This document shows, in pieces, positions 8,351-17,439 of a stretch of DNA of 64,000 nucleotides (its first letter is position 1; every line of letters begins with the position of its first letter). Where the stretch lies: sequence record NC_019401.1; one strand, written 5' to 3'. Made by a program: the position numbers and the translations under genes. The notes below the pieces were generated by a model. The model searched no databases, had not been told where the DNA came from, and saw only the letters and a program-made list of their open reading frames with translations.

Positions 8351-10372
8351 ATGAGTGATCTTTCAGTAGTCGCGGAACGCTATTTAATTTCCGAAAGTTC
8401 AGTATGTCATGCATCTGATGGTCAATTACTTGATGATATTAAAATAGTAGTTCACTCTGATGATAGTGAGTGGTATGTTCCAACTTTACCAAAGGGAACA
8501 TTATTAAAATCATTATCACTATCATCTAATGTTGATGGAACGTGTACTTGTAAATTGGTACATACGAATGGAAGTACTGATTTGGTTAGTGCTACGCACA
8601 TATCAAGTAATATCTCAGGTAATACTGCAATACGTCAACTACCAGCTAATGATTCAAGGCTAATACGGTTTTTAAGCTTTGAACAATATGGTGCTATTTC
8701 TGGTGGTACAGTTGAATGTTCTGCCGCAATAAATGCATGTTTAAATGATGCACGAAAATATAATCTCCCAATATGGAGTACTGGAAAATACTATATTAAT
8801 AATATAGTCGATTTTTCAAACGTCACTGCAAGTGGATTCACATTAGTTGGTGGGGCAAGTTCACCAAATTCATATTGTGTACTTGTAAATGGTTCTGCCA
8901 ATATTGATAATGTAAACTTTGAAAAAGTTTATCTTCAGCATACGAATGGTGATTTGAAGTTAACCAATTTTACATTTAAAAAAGTTGGAGCTACCGCAGC
9001 AGTACTTTCATTGAATTTAACAAGTGAAGGTTCCGTAACACTCCAATATGGAACATTTAGACAATGTAACTACGGTTATTTACGTCAAGGTGATCCATTG
9101 TGGGGAAGTGCATTACGATTCCAACACTTGAAAAATCTACAGTTCTTTGATATGAACGGAGATTGTATTGAATTAAATTTGGGCATTAAAGATAGAAATA
9201 CCGAAGTTTCTGATATCCTTGTTGACAACGTTAACCATACTGGTAAAAACCTTTTTTGGGGAATTGCACTAGGATTCGCAGGTAAAACTCCTTACGGTCT
9301 TGATGCTGACGATAGTTCATATATGTCAGATGTAAGTATTAAACGTGTCAAGGTGTATGGTGCTCGCCAATGTCTTCACTTCGAAAAATGTAGAAATATA
9401 TACCTAGAAGATATTGAAATGTATCCAGACAGTACTAAGAGTGTTAACTCTGGTATTGATCCTGCTGGAATTATTCTTTACGGTTCAAAAGATATATCAA
9501 TAAAGGACGTGAAAGGTAAACCTGATCAAGCTTCAATCAAAATGATTCACACGTCATGGGGCGTTACTGATGATGCATATATTTGTGCTGAACGTAATAT
9601 TCTTGTCCGAGACGTTGATGTTGATGGAAACATTGAGTTGAATATGAGCACTAATGATGTATATAACTCATATCTAAGAGTTTACAATGTTAGTTGTAAT
9701 GTATTTGCAATAACTGGACAAGCGTCAGAATTTCATGTTGAGAATGTAAGATGTTCTAATATACTTTTGGACTTCCAACCAGTAACTAATACCAGTAAAG
9801 ACCAACTCAGAAGACACAACCGTATTACTGCAACATTCAAAGATATTGTCAGTAAAGATGAAAATCAAGATTGTGTATGTAGCATTAAAAATATTGCGAT
9901 TGATGAATTAACAGTTCAGAACTGTAATTTTCCATTCTTTAAGCAAAGTACTTCTACCATTACACGTGGAACACCAATAACAAAACTCGACGGTATATAT
10001 CACTATGATAGTGAAGGATTCCCAAATGGATACCAGTTCAAGGTTGGTGACAGAATTATAGATAGTACTGGAAAAATGTATGTTGTCAAACAATCTGGTG
10101 CTGTTTTCAGTTCATATGAGAAGGTTCGTTCTGCTGTATGTGGTCAGAATTATCTAGTTTCATATAATATGAACTGGTTGTCAGCATATAAAACTGCTGG
10201 CACTCGTATTCGCATTCCTGGTGCTGGAGAGAATGGAACAGACTTAGTGTGTACTGTAGTAAGAAGTTCACATGTCAATAATGGGATGTATAGAATTATA
10301 TTATCCGACACAATTAAAACAGATATTCCAGATGGAACTCAAATACTTCCAGAGAATATATGTAAGTACTAA
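8351..10372 (+). CDS. WcaM-like beta-helix protein, putative colanic acid depolymerase
   Basis: GDCIELN...WGIALGFAGK...RQCLHFE resembles the WcaM/phage colanidase core; beta-helix-like composition. Confidence 0.7.
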   Translation: MSDLSVVAERYLISESSVCHASDGQLLDDIKIVVHSDDSEWYVPTLPKGTLLKSLSLSSNVDGTCTCKLVHTNGSTDLVSATHISSNISGNTAIRQLPANDSRLIRFLSFEQYGAISGGTVECSAAINACLNDARKYNLPIWSTGKYYINNIVDFSNVTASGFTLVGGASSPNSYCVLVNGSANIDNVNFEKVYLQHTNGDLKLTNFTFKKVGATAAVLSLNLTSEGSVTLQYGTFRQCNYGYLRQGDPLWGSALRFQHLKNLQFFDMNGDCIELNLGIKDRNTEVSDILVDNVNHTGKNLFWGIALGFAGKTPYGLDADDSSYMSDVSIKRVKVYGARQCLHFEKCRNIYLEDIEMYPDSTKSVNSGIDPAGIILYGSKDISIKDVKGKPDQASIKMIHTSWGVTDDAYICAERNILVRDVDVDGNIELNMSTNDVYNSYLRVYNVSCNVFAITGQASEFHVENVRCSNILLDFQPVTNTSKDQLRRHNRITATFKDIVSKDENQDCVCSIKNIAIDELTVQNCNFPFFKQSTSTITRGTPITKLDGIYHYDSEGFPNGYQFKVGDRIIDSTGKMYVVKQSGAVFSSYEKVRSAVCGQNYLVSYNMNWLSAYKTAGTRIRIPGAGENGTDLVCTVVRSSHVNNGMYRIILSDTIKTDIPDGTQILPENICKY

Positions 10373-10378
10373 CCAAAT

Positions 10379-10410
10379 AGGGAAAGATGAATGTCTTTCC
10401 CTTTTATTTT
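10379..10410 (+). terminator. rho-independent terminator
   Basis: AGGGAAAGA-N6-TCTTTCCCT plus T-rich tail. Confidence 0.8.
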
Positions 10411-10426
10411 ATAATAAGGTAATACG

Positions 10427-11041
10427 ATGACAGATCATGCAAAAACAAAAGCGTTAATGGACGTTCTTGCAGAAATGAATAAACAGGATTCGAAGTGGGG
10501 AGCAGACCGCGATCAGCATCCATTTTTGTGGCAGGTTATTTTAGGTGAGGAATTCGGCGAGGTTTGTCAAGCGATTCTTCATGATGAGTTCGGCGGCTCT
10601 CACGCTGGCACAGCACGAGAAGAATTAGTACAAGTTGCTGCTGTAGCCTTGCAATTCATTGAGCAGTATGATAGACTTAGTGGAATTCAGAAAAGCGAAA
10701 CAAAAAACAAATTAGTAATTTTAGAATCTCCATTTGCAGCTACCAATGGTTATACAGTACAAGAGAATATTGATTATGCACGTAAATGTGTACGCCATTC
10801 TCTTTCATTAGGCGAAGCACCTATTGCAAGTCACTTATTGTATACGCAGGATGGAATTCTTGATGACAATATCCCCGAAGAACGTCAATGGGGTATTGAT
10901 GCTGGTCTAGCATGGAAAGAAGTTGCACACGGTTCTGTTGTTTATACTGATCGAGGAATTAGTAAAGGAATGGAATACGGTATTGCGGCTGCAATTGCTG
11001 CTGGCCTTACTGTTGAATATAGAAGTATTGAGGAAAAATAA
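10427..11041 (+). CDS. MazG-like pyrophosphohydrolase fused to a nucleoside deoxyribosyltransferase-like domain
   Basis: N-half EEFGEV...REELVQVAAVA; C-half VILESPFA...PIASHL...DRGISKGMEYGI. Confidence 0.6.
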   Translation: MTDHAKTKALMDVLAEMNKQDSKWGADRDQHPFLWQVILGEEFGEVCQAILHDEFGGSHAGTAREELVQVAAVALQFIEQYDRLSGIQKSETKNKLVILESPFAATNGYTVQENIDYARKCVRHSLSLGEAPIASHLLYTQDGILDDNIPEERQWGIDAGLAWKEVAHGSVVYTDRGISKGMEYGIAAAIAAGLTVEYRSIEEK

Positions 11042-11322
11042 TGAAAATTCGTCCAGTATATAATCACATAATTGCTAAAAAACATGTGTATGAAGCAAAA
11101 AGTGCAGGTGGTATTATTTTAACTGCCACTGGTGAAGATGAATCAACACATGCTGAAGTACTAGCGATTGGTCCCGCATTTAAATCCGATGTTAAAGTTG
11201 GTGACATTATCACTTATGAAGAAGGTGATAAACGTGTTCATTCTGAAAAAATTGACAACGAAGATATTCTGATTATGCCAGAAGATTGTGTTATTGGCGT
11301 CGTCGAGCAAAAAACTGAATAA
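11041..11322 (+). CDS. groES: co-chaperonin GroES
   Basis: MKIRPV, SAGGIIL mobile loop, VLAIGP, VKVGD. Confidence 0.9.
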   Translation: MKIRPVYNHIIAKKHVYEAKSAGGIILTATGEDESTHAEVLAIGPAFKSDVKVGDIITYEEGDKRVHSEKIDNEDILIMPEDCVIGVVEQKTE

Positions 11323-11331
11323 GGTGAAAAT

Positions 11332-12594
11332 ATGCATTCGGCATTAGTAGAATTACAAGAACGTGGATTAATCAAACAAAGTACTGATATTGAAGTACTG
11401 TCTAAACTACTTGACGAAGGTTCAGCAGTGTATTGTGGTTTTGATCCTACTGCCGATTCTCTGCATATTGGTAGTTTACTCCCACTGACTATCATGAATG
11501 TTTTTAAAAAACATGGAGTGAAAGTTATTGCGTTACTTGGCGGAGCAACTGGATCAATTGGTGATCCAAGCTTTAAATCTGAAGAACGTAAAATGTTATC
11601 ATGGGATGATATTGACCGCAATGTTGCTGGTATTCGTGCAGTTATTAAGAGTATTTTGGGCGATGTAGAAATTGTAAACAATTATTCTTGGACTAAAGAT
11701 ATTAATATGCTTGAGTTTTTGCGTGATTACGGTAAATGCTTCACTGTGAATAATATGATGAACAAAGAATCTGTACGTTCACGTATTGAACGCGATGAAC
11801 AAGGTATTTCTTTCACTGAATTTTCGTATCAAATTCTTCAAGCAATGGACTTTGAATATTTGTACGAAATGAATAACTGCAAAATCCAAATTGGTGGTTC
11901 TGACCAATGGGGTAATATGATTGCTGGAATTGATTTGATTCATAAAATCCACGGCAATGATGCAGACTGCGGTGTTATCACTATACCACTAGTTACTAAA
12001 TCTGATGGTACTAAATTTGGTAAATCAGAATCTGGTACTATCTGGTTAACTGAACAACGCACTACGCCATATCACTTCTTCCAGTTCTGGCGTAATCTAG
12101 ATGATGCAGAGATTCCAAAATTATATCAGTACTTTAAACCTTTTAGTTTCAGTGTTGATGATATTGTAAGTGAAATGACTAATGGTGACCCAAATATTGT
12201 AAAACTTCAGTTTGCAATTGCTATGACTGAGATGGTTCATGGGGAACATAAAGCTTCTTTGGCACGTGATATTACTGATTTCTTACATGGTAAAAAAGAA
12301 ATTACCGAAGAAGCAGTAGAAATGATGATTAAAAGTGGATTTGATGTTGATGAAAGTACTGACAACTTAGAATTAGTTTCTTTGGTGGTTAGTACTGGAT
12401 TAGCTGATTCCCGTAAAATGGCACGTGAGTTTATTAATAATGGTGCTGTAAAAATTAATGGTCGTAAAGTAAATGAATTTTACGATACTGCAAATTGTGA
12501 ATTTACAGAAGATGTAGATTTTGTAGATGCAAAACATTTTGTATTGCAGCGTGGTAAAAACACATATGTCGTTGTAAAAAATACAAGGCGTTAA
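11332..12594 (+). CDS. tyrS: tyrosyl-tRNA synthetase
   Basis: GFDPTADSLHIGS (HIGH), QIGGSDQWGNM, KFGKS (KMSKS), C-terminal S4-like domain. Confidence 0.97.
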   Translation: MHSALVELQERGLIKQSTDIEVLSKLLDEGSAVYCGFDPTADSLHIGSLLPLTIMNVFKKHGVKVIALLGGATGSIGDPSFKSEERKMLSWDDIDRNVAGIRAVIKSILGDVEIVNNYSWTKDINMLEFLRDYGKCFTVNNMMNKESVRSRIERDEQGISFTEFSYQILQAMDFEYLYEMNNCKIQIGGSDQWGNMIAGIDLIHKIHGNDADCGVITIPLVTKSDGTKFGKSESGTIWLTEQRTTPYHFFQFWRNLDDAEIPKLYQYFKPFSFSVDDIVSEMTNGDPNIVKLQFAIAMTEMVHGEHKASLARDITDFLHGKKEITEEAVEMMIKSGFDVDESTDNLELVSLVVSTGLADSRKMAREFINNGAVKINGRKVNEFYDTANCEFTEDVDFVDAKHFVLQRGKNTYVVVKNTRR

Positions 12595-12595
12595 T

Positions 12596-12802
12596 ATGAA
12601 GATTGTATACGCAATATTAATTGCATTACTTTTAACGTCATGTCGTACCGAAGACAAAGTTCAAAACATTGTACTGTACGGTAATAAAACACTTTACCCT
12701 GAAGTACTAAATGCTACTTTAAAATTAGATAACAAAGAGTATTCTTGTACTAGTTTTGACGGAAAGCATGATCAACTTGTTTTCGTGTGTCGTAAGAAAT
12801 AA
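12596..12802 (+). CDS. putative lipoprotein
   Basis: signal peptide with LLTSC lipobox. Confidence 0.6.
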   Translation: MKIVYAILIALLLTSCRTEDKVQNIVLYGNKTLYPEVLNATLKLDNKEYSCTSFDGKHDQLVFVCRKK

Positions 12803-12808
12803 GACTTG

Positions 12809-12931
12809 AGAAATACAAAGCCGTGCATTCTGGCAAAAACCAGATATAAGACCGTTTACGCTTCAATGCTAGTACTTGAAAACTCCCTACTCGTTAGAAC
12901 TACCAATTTCCAGGGCGTTGTATTTCTTTTT
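12809..12931 (+). ncRNA. candidate structured intergenic RNA element
   Basis: AGAAATACAA/TTGTATTTCT closing stem with nested GCC/GGC, GCAT/ATGC, TCTGG/CCAGA and TAGT/ACTA helices. Confidence 0.35.
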
Positions 12932-12949
12932 AATTTAGAGAGGAATAAT

Positions 12950-13591
12950 ATGAATATCGTAGAAAAGTACTACTGGATCATAGAGCACCCAAAATATGTT
13001 CCATTCGGTGATACCGCAGTCATCGAAATCACACCACACATGGTTTGTCCAGAAACAAATTGCGTTGAAAAATTAGAATTGTTGAATACTAAACTACAAT
13101 TTTGGGTTGAGTTGTTGATTCCATTCTTCGATGAACAACACAAACAACACTGTCATTCACATGATTGGGAATTGGATTGTGGTGGTGACACATGGGAAGA
13201 AGCCGTTGAAAATTTGTACAAATTGGTTCTCGAAAAGTACGGTGATTATACCCAAGAAGATTTGGATAAGCAACGTGAAGAAGCAATGAAAGATTTCGAT
13301 ATGGATAAATGGGTAAAAACCGTAGATTCAATGATGGCTGATAATAAAGAATCGAGTGAAGTCGTAATGTTACCAGATTATGAAATCGAACATATGAAGT
13401 TTGAAATCGGGCATTTAGAAGTTCTACAAGAAGTGCTTCAAAATAAATTGCGTGAACCAACAATAACAATGCAAGAATACGATGATGTTCAATTGGAACT
13501 AATCTGCGTAGATCACGACTTATATGTAATGCGTGAAAGCGTTAAATGTGGTTATGATGTAGAAAAATATGGTCTAAGGAATGAAGATTGA
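12950..13591 (+). CDS. hypothetical acidic protein
   Basis: ATG 12950 with GAGGA RBS (shorter than ORF-track call). Confidence 0.75.
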   Translation: MNIVEKYYWIIEHPKYVPFGDTAVIEITPHMVCPETNCVEKLELLNTKLQFWVELLIPFFDEQHKQHCHSHDWELDCGGDTWEEAVENLYKLVLEKYGDYTQEDLDKQREEAMKDFDMDKWVKTVDSMMADNKESSEVVMLPDYEIEHMKFEIGHLEVLQEVLQNKLREPTITMQEYDDVQLELICVDHDLYVMRESVKCGYDVEKYGLRNED

Positions 13592-13946
13592 AAAACTGAT
13601 TCGCATCTTGCAGAAGATGCCTCAGCATAAACAAATCAAGTGCACTCGAAAGAAATATAAAATTATTGCTTGTGCACTTGATAGAAAGGGTAAAGTACTG
13701 GCGATGAGGACGAACGATTATGATTGTTCTCATCCATTACAAAAACATTTTGCAGTACTTGTTGGAAAGCCTGAAGCAATTTTTCTACATGCTGAAATCG
13801 CCACGTTAATTGCCGCACGAAAAGAAGTTCATAAATTACTTATTGCCAGGGTTGATAAGAATGGAAATCCACTTTCAGCAAAACCTTGTCCAATATGTGA
13901 AAAAGCAATTGAAGCCTTTGGAGTAAAAGAGATTGAATACACTTAA
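13581..13946 (+). CDS. zinc-dependent cytidine/dCMP deaminase-fold protein
   Basis: HAE and PCPIC motifs. Confidence 0.8.
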   Translation: MKIEKLIRILQKMPQHKQIKCTRKKYKIIACALDRKGKVLAMRTNDYDCSHPLQKHFAVLVGKPEAIFLHAEIATLIAARKEVHKLLIARVDKNGNPLSAKPCPICEKAIEAFGVKEIEYT

Positions 13947-14193
13947 TGCATCATTGGTCGCGATAATCGATATTTTCAAAAAAGGAAATGAATCTGACAT
14001 GTACATTAGTACTGTCACATTCCTTTTCAAAACTATATCAGAAGAAAAAGAATCTGGTACATATGATATGGAAAAGTATTTCTCAAATGCTATTTCCATT
14101 CATAATCGTCTGCGAGAAAAATATAATGCAGATTTTAACGGGCCACTATTATCGTGGTACAGAAGGTTTATAGGATTGCATGGAGGTTTATAA
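13933..14193 (+). CDS. hypothetical protein
   Basis: fills gap between neighbours; start uncertain. Confidence 0.45.
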   Translation: MNTLNASLVAIIDIFKKGNESDMYISTVTFLFKTISEEKESGTYDMEKYFSNAISIHNRLREKYNADFNGPLLSWYRRFIGLHGGL

Positions 14194-14744
14194 TGGAAAC
14201 AATTGTAATTAATTTAGTTGGGGGTCCCTGTTCAGGAAAATCTACAACAGCGGCAGGGTTATTTGCTAAAATGAAACTACACACTAAACAACGTGTAGAA
14301 ATCGTAACTGAAGTAATCAAAGATTACGTGTACGATGAAAACAAAATGGCAATGCAAGATCAAGTACTGATCACTGCAAACCAGAACCACCGCCTATTCC
14401 GTTTAAATGGAAAGGTGGATTTTGTCGTATCTGATGCATCTCTACTAAATGGTATTGTCTATAATGAATTCTACGATGATGTAGAAAATATTAGTTCTAC
14501 TATTGCGTGGCAACTTTATCAGCAATACAACAATATTGTATTTCTACTTCCACGTAAGCCTGAATATGATCAGTACGGTAGAACTCAATCATTAGAAGAA
14601 GCTAAAGAGCTGGATCGTTTGTTTGTGGAAAATCTTACACATTTCAATATTCCATTTATTGATATGCGTGAATATACTCATGAAGAAATGCCTGACCGTA
14701 TTCTTGAAGTACTTTCTGCAAAATATGGTTTTGATACACATTAA
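14193..14744 (+). CDS. P-loop nucleotide kinase/ATPase (NadR-like AAA_28)
   Basis: GGPCSGKST Walker A; ATG 14193 with GGAGG RBS. Confidence 0.8.
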   Translation: METIVINLVGGPCSGKSTTAAGLFAKMKLHTKQRVEIVTEVIKDYVYDENKMAMQDQVLITANQNHRLFRLNGKVDFVVSDASLLNGIVYNEFYDDVENISSTIAWQLYQQYNNIVFLLPRKPEYDQYGRTQSLEEAKELDRLFVENLTHFNIPFIDMREYTHEEMPDRILEVLSAKYGFDTH

Positions 14745-14753
14745 GGATTTATA

Positions 14754-15044
14754 GTGAAACAATTAGCACAATTAGTAGAAAATCAAGAAAATGCAGGTCA
14801 AATTTATTATGCTTGTAATGTGCGTAATGTAATTCAGCCAGTAAGGGTACGACTAGTATCCGTTACTGAAATTTATAAAAATGTTGACCATAAAGATTTT
14901 CCATTAATGGCAGTAATAGTTTATGAAAGTGATGAAATTCCAGTACCTTCAAAATTTAATACGATTCCAATAAGTTGTACTGTATTGTTTGATACATACG
15001 AAGAAGCATCATTCGAGTTCTCTAAGTACTGGAAAATTCATTGA
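14754..15044 (+). CDS. hypothetical protein
   Basis: GTG start with AAGGA RBS. Confidence 0.65.
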   Translation: MKQLAQLVENQENAGQIYYACNVRNVIQPVRVRLVSVTEIYKNVDHKDFPLMAVIVYESDEIPVPSKFNTIPISCTVLFDTYEEASFEFSKYWKIH

Positions 15045-15071
15045 ACAAACGTTAATCAAAGTTCTGAAATC

Positions 15072-15085
15072 TTGATCTAGATCAA
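15072..15085. promoter_or_regulatory. FNR consensus box upstream of nrdD
   Basis: TTGAT-CTAG-ATCAA perfect consensus; TATTTT (-10-like) starts 30.5 bp from its centre. Confidence 0.65.
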
Positions 15086-15088
15086 TAG

Positions 15089-15120
15089 AAATACCCCGTT
15101 ATATGGGGTATTTTAATTTT
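15089..15120 (+). terminator. rho-independent terminator before nrdD
   Basis: AAATACCCC-N7-GGGGTATTT plus T-rich tail. Confidence 0.7.
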
Positions 15121-15153
15121 TAAGTGCGTAAATAAATTCACCTAAAATTAGAC

Positions 15154-16968
15154 ATGGAGAGTCGTATGAATAACGATAGATTGTACAGTGATATTAACGA
15201 GTTTTTGAACCAAAGCAATAAAGATTTACTGAATGAAAATGCAAACAAGGATGCAAAGATTGTTAATACGCATCGCGATTTACTTGCTGGTATTCTGTCT
15301 AAACATTTTGCAGAAGATATTATTTCAGAAGATTTAATGCAATGGCATAAAAATGGTTATGGTCACATACACGATCTCGATTATTTTATAAGCCCACTAA
15401 CGAACTGTTGCTTAGTAAATTACAGAGATATGTTAGAAAATGGATTTAAGATTGGGAATGCACAAGTTGGCACTCCTAAAAGTATTGGTGTTGCAAGCAC
15501 AGTACTTACACAAATTGTATTAGCTGTTTCCGCGAGTCAATATGGCGGTCAAACACTAGCACACATTGATTTTGGACTCGAACCATACGTTCAGAAGTCC
15601 TACGATAAGCTCTTAGAGCAGCAGAAGGAATTCAACCTACCAGATGAGTTCGTTGAAAAAACCCTTCAGAAAGAGGTTTATGACGCTATGCAAGCGTTGT
15701 TATACCAGGTGAATACAATCACATCAAGTAATGGTCAAACACCTTTTGTCACTATTACTATGGGATTAAACACATCAAAATTTGGTAAAATGATTACTGA
15801 TTCGTACTTAAAAGTTCACGAAAAAGGATTGGGTGTTGATGGCACAACTCCGGTATTCCCTAAAGTAGTATTCTTCCTAGAAGATGGAGTGAATATGAAG
15901 GAAGAAGATCCCAACTACGATCTTAAAGTACAGGCAATGAAAACTTCAGCTAAACGAATCTATCCTGATTTTGTTTCAGTACCATTGAATAAGAAAGTAA
16001 CTGGCAGTACTAGTATTGCGGTTTCACCAATGGGATGCAGATCATTTCTAGGAAAATGGGATGATGGCAGTACTGAAAAATATGATGGTCGTTTTAACCT
16101 TGGAGTAGTGTCAATTAATTTACCATTACTTGCACTCGAATCAAATTCTGATGGTGAATTCTTTGGCAAGATTGACTATCACATGAATATGGCATATCGT
16201 GCACAAATGAATCGTGTCGAACGATTGAAGAATACAAAAGCACGGCAAAACCCTACTATGTTTATGGAAGGTGCAATTTCCCGTCTTGATGCAGATGACA
16301 CAATTGAAAAACTCTTCTATGACGGATACGCAAGTATTAGTATTGGTTATGTAGGCTTAGCAGAATGTTCTGAAATTATGAAAGGACAGATTGTAAAAGA
16401 TTATTGCAAATCTATTCTTCATTATATGAAATATAAATGCGAGCAATTCAAAGAAGAAAGTAATATCGCTTTTAGTTTATATGGAACTCCAGCCGAAAGC
16501 TTATGCTATAAATTTGCAAGAGCAATTGAAGAAAAGCATCCTAATATTCTAAAACGTAACTTTATTACAAACTCATTCCACCAGCCAGTGTGGATTAACT
16601 CTGGACAATTTAGCAAGTTTGATTACGAAGAAGGATTTGCATATCTAAGTAATGGTGGAAATATTAGCTATGTTGAAACCCCAAATCTTTCAAATAACAT
16701 GACTGCACTAGAAACATTAATCAATTATGCATATGAAAGAATTCCGTACTTCGGTATAAATCAGCCAGTAGATAAATGCTATAAGTGCGAGTTTGAAGGT
16801 GAATTTGAAGTTGATAAAATTGGATTCCACTGTCCACAGTGTGATAATAGAGAAGAAGGAACTATGTCAGTGATTCGCAGGGTTTCTGGATATTTGAGTG
16901 CACCTAATAGTAGACCTTTCAACACTGGCAAACAGCAAGAAGTTATACAACGAATTAAACACCAATAA
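15154..16968 (+). CDS. nrdD: anaerobic (class III) ribonucleoside-triphosphate reductase
   Basis: HIHDLD, MGCRSFL, YGTPAESL, CxxC...CxxC, RRVSGYL glycyl-radical motif; true start may be 15166. Confidence 0.97.
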   Translation: MESRMNNDRLYSDINEFLNQSNKDLLNENANKDAKIVNTHRDLLAGILSKHFAEDIISEDLMQWHKNGYGHIHDLDYFISPLTNCCLVNYRDMLENGFKIGNAQVGTPKSIGVASTVLTQIVLAVSASQYGGQTLAHIDFGLEPYVQKSYDKLLEQQKEFNLPDEFVEKTLQKEVYDAMQALLYQVNTITSSNGQTPFVTITMGLNTSKFGKMITDSYLKVHEKGLGVDGTTPVFPKVVFFLEDGVNMKEEDPNYDLKVQAMKTSAKRIYPDFVSVPLNKKVTGSTSIAVSPMGCRSFLGKWDDGSTEKYDGRFNLGVVSINLPLLALESNSDGEFFGKIDYHMNMAYRAQMNRVERLKNTKARQNPTMFMEGAISRLDADDTIEKLFYDGYASISIGYVGLAECSEIMKGQIVKDYCKSILHYMKYKCEQFKEESNIAFSLYGTPAESLCYKFARAIEEKHPNILKRNFITNSFHQPVWINSGQFSKFDYEEGFAYLSNGGNISYVETPNLSNNMTALETLINYAYERIPYFGINQPVDKCYKCEFEGEFEVDKIGFHCPQCDNREEGTMSVIRRVSGYLSAPNSRPFNTGKQQEVIQRIKHQ

Positions 16969-16977
16969 GGAATTATC

Positions 16978-17421
16978 ATGATACATGATAACATAGAAGT
17001 AAACTGCAATCATTTACTGAACAGAACTTTACTAGGATTTTTGCCAGTATTTGATGTAGAGTACAATTCAATATCTTACTATTCAGTTGAAAATATTCAC
17101 CCGAATCGTGAATATGAAAGGGTTGTTCCATGTTATCATTTAGAAGTATCTGATGATTGGGTGTGTGAGCAAGAACATTTCTTTATGCAGGAATGTTTAC
17201 CACCAAAATCTCGCGAGAATTTAGTACTTCTCCACGAGATTTATCGTGACGAATATATAGATAATTTCACTAATAAGAAATATATCGTTATATTCGTTGG
17301 GTGTGATGATGGTGATAAAATTATGCGTTTCAAAGATCATAACGATGCTGTGAAGTTCTTAAACGGAATTTCATACTATGATGAAATCTTTGATAAAAAT
17401 GAAATGTTAATGCTATATTAA
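16978..17421 (+). CDS. hypothetical protein
   Basis: 147 aa ORF with AAGGA RBS. Confidence 0.75.
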   Translation: MIHDNIEVNCNHLLNRTLLGFLPVFDVEYNSISYYSVENIHPNREYERVVPCYHLEVSDDWVCEQEHFFMQECLPPKSRENLVLLHEIYRDEYIDNFTNKKYIVIFVGCDDGDKIMRFKDHNDAVKFLNGISYYDEIFDKNEMLMLY

Positions 17422-17439
17422 CATATTCAAGGATGAATA

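Noticed and set aside
12806-12949. Extended N-termini in the ORF track (12806, 35231, 38661, 48741, 52032)
   Set aside because: These upstream starts run through terminators, promoters or hairpins; downstream ATGs have clear RBSs.
13988-14173. Alternative-frame ORF MNLTCTLVLS...
   Set aside because: Overlaps 13933-14193, which looks more protein-like; cannot be settled without homologues, so only one was listed at low confidence.
15089-15113. Possible NrdR box in the hairpin before nrdD
   Set aside because: Only loose similarity to acaCwAtATaTwGtgt; better explained as a terminator stem.
15154-16968. Intron or intein in nrdD
   Set aside because: The 604 aa frame is continuous with all class III motifs at normal spacing.
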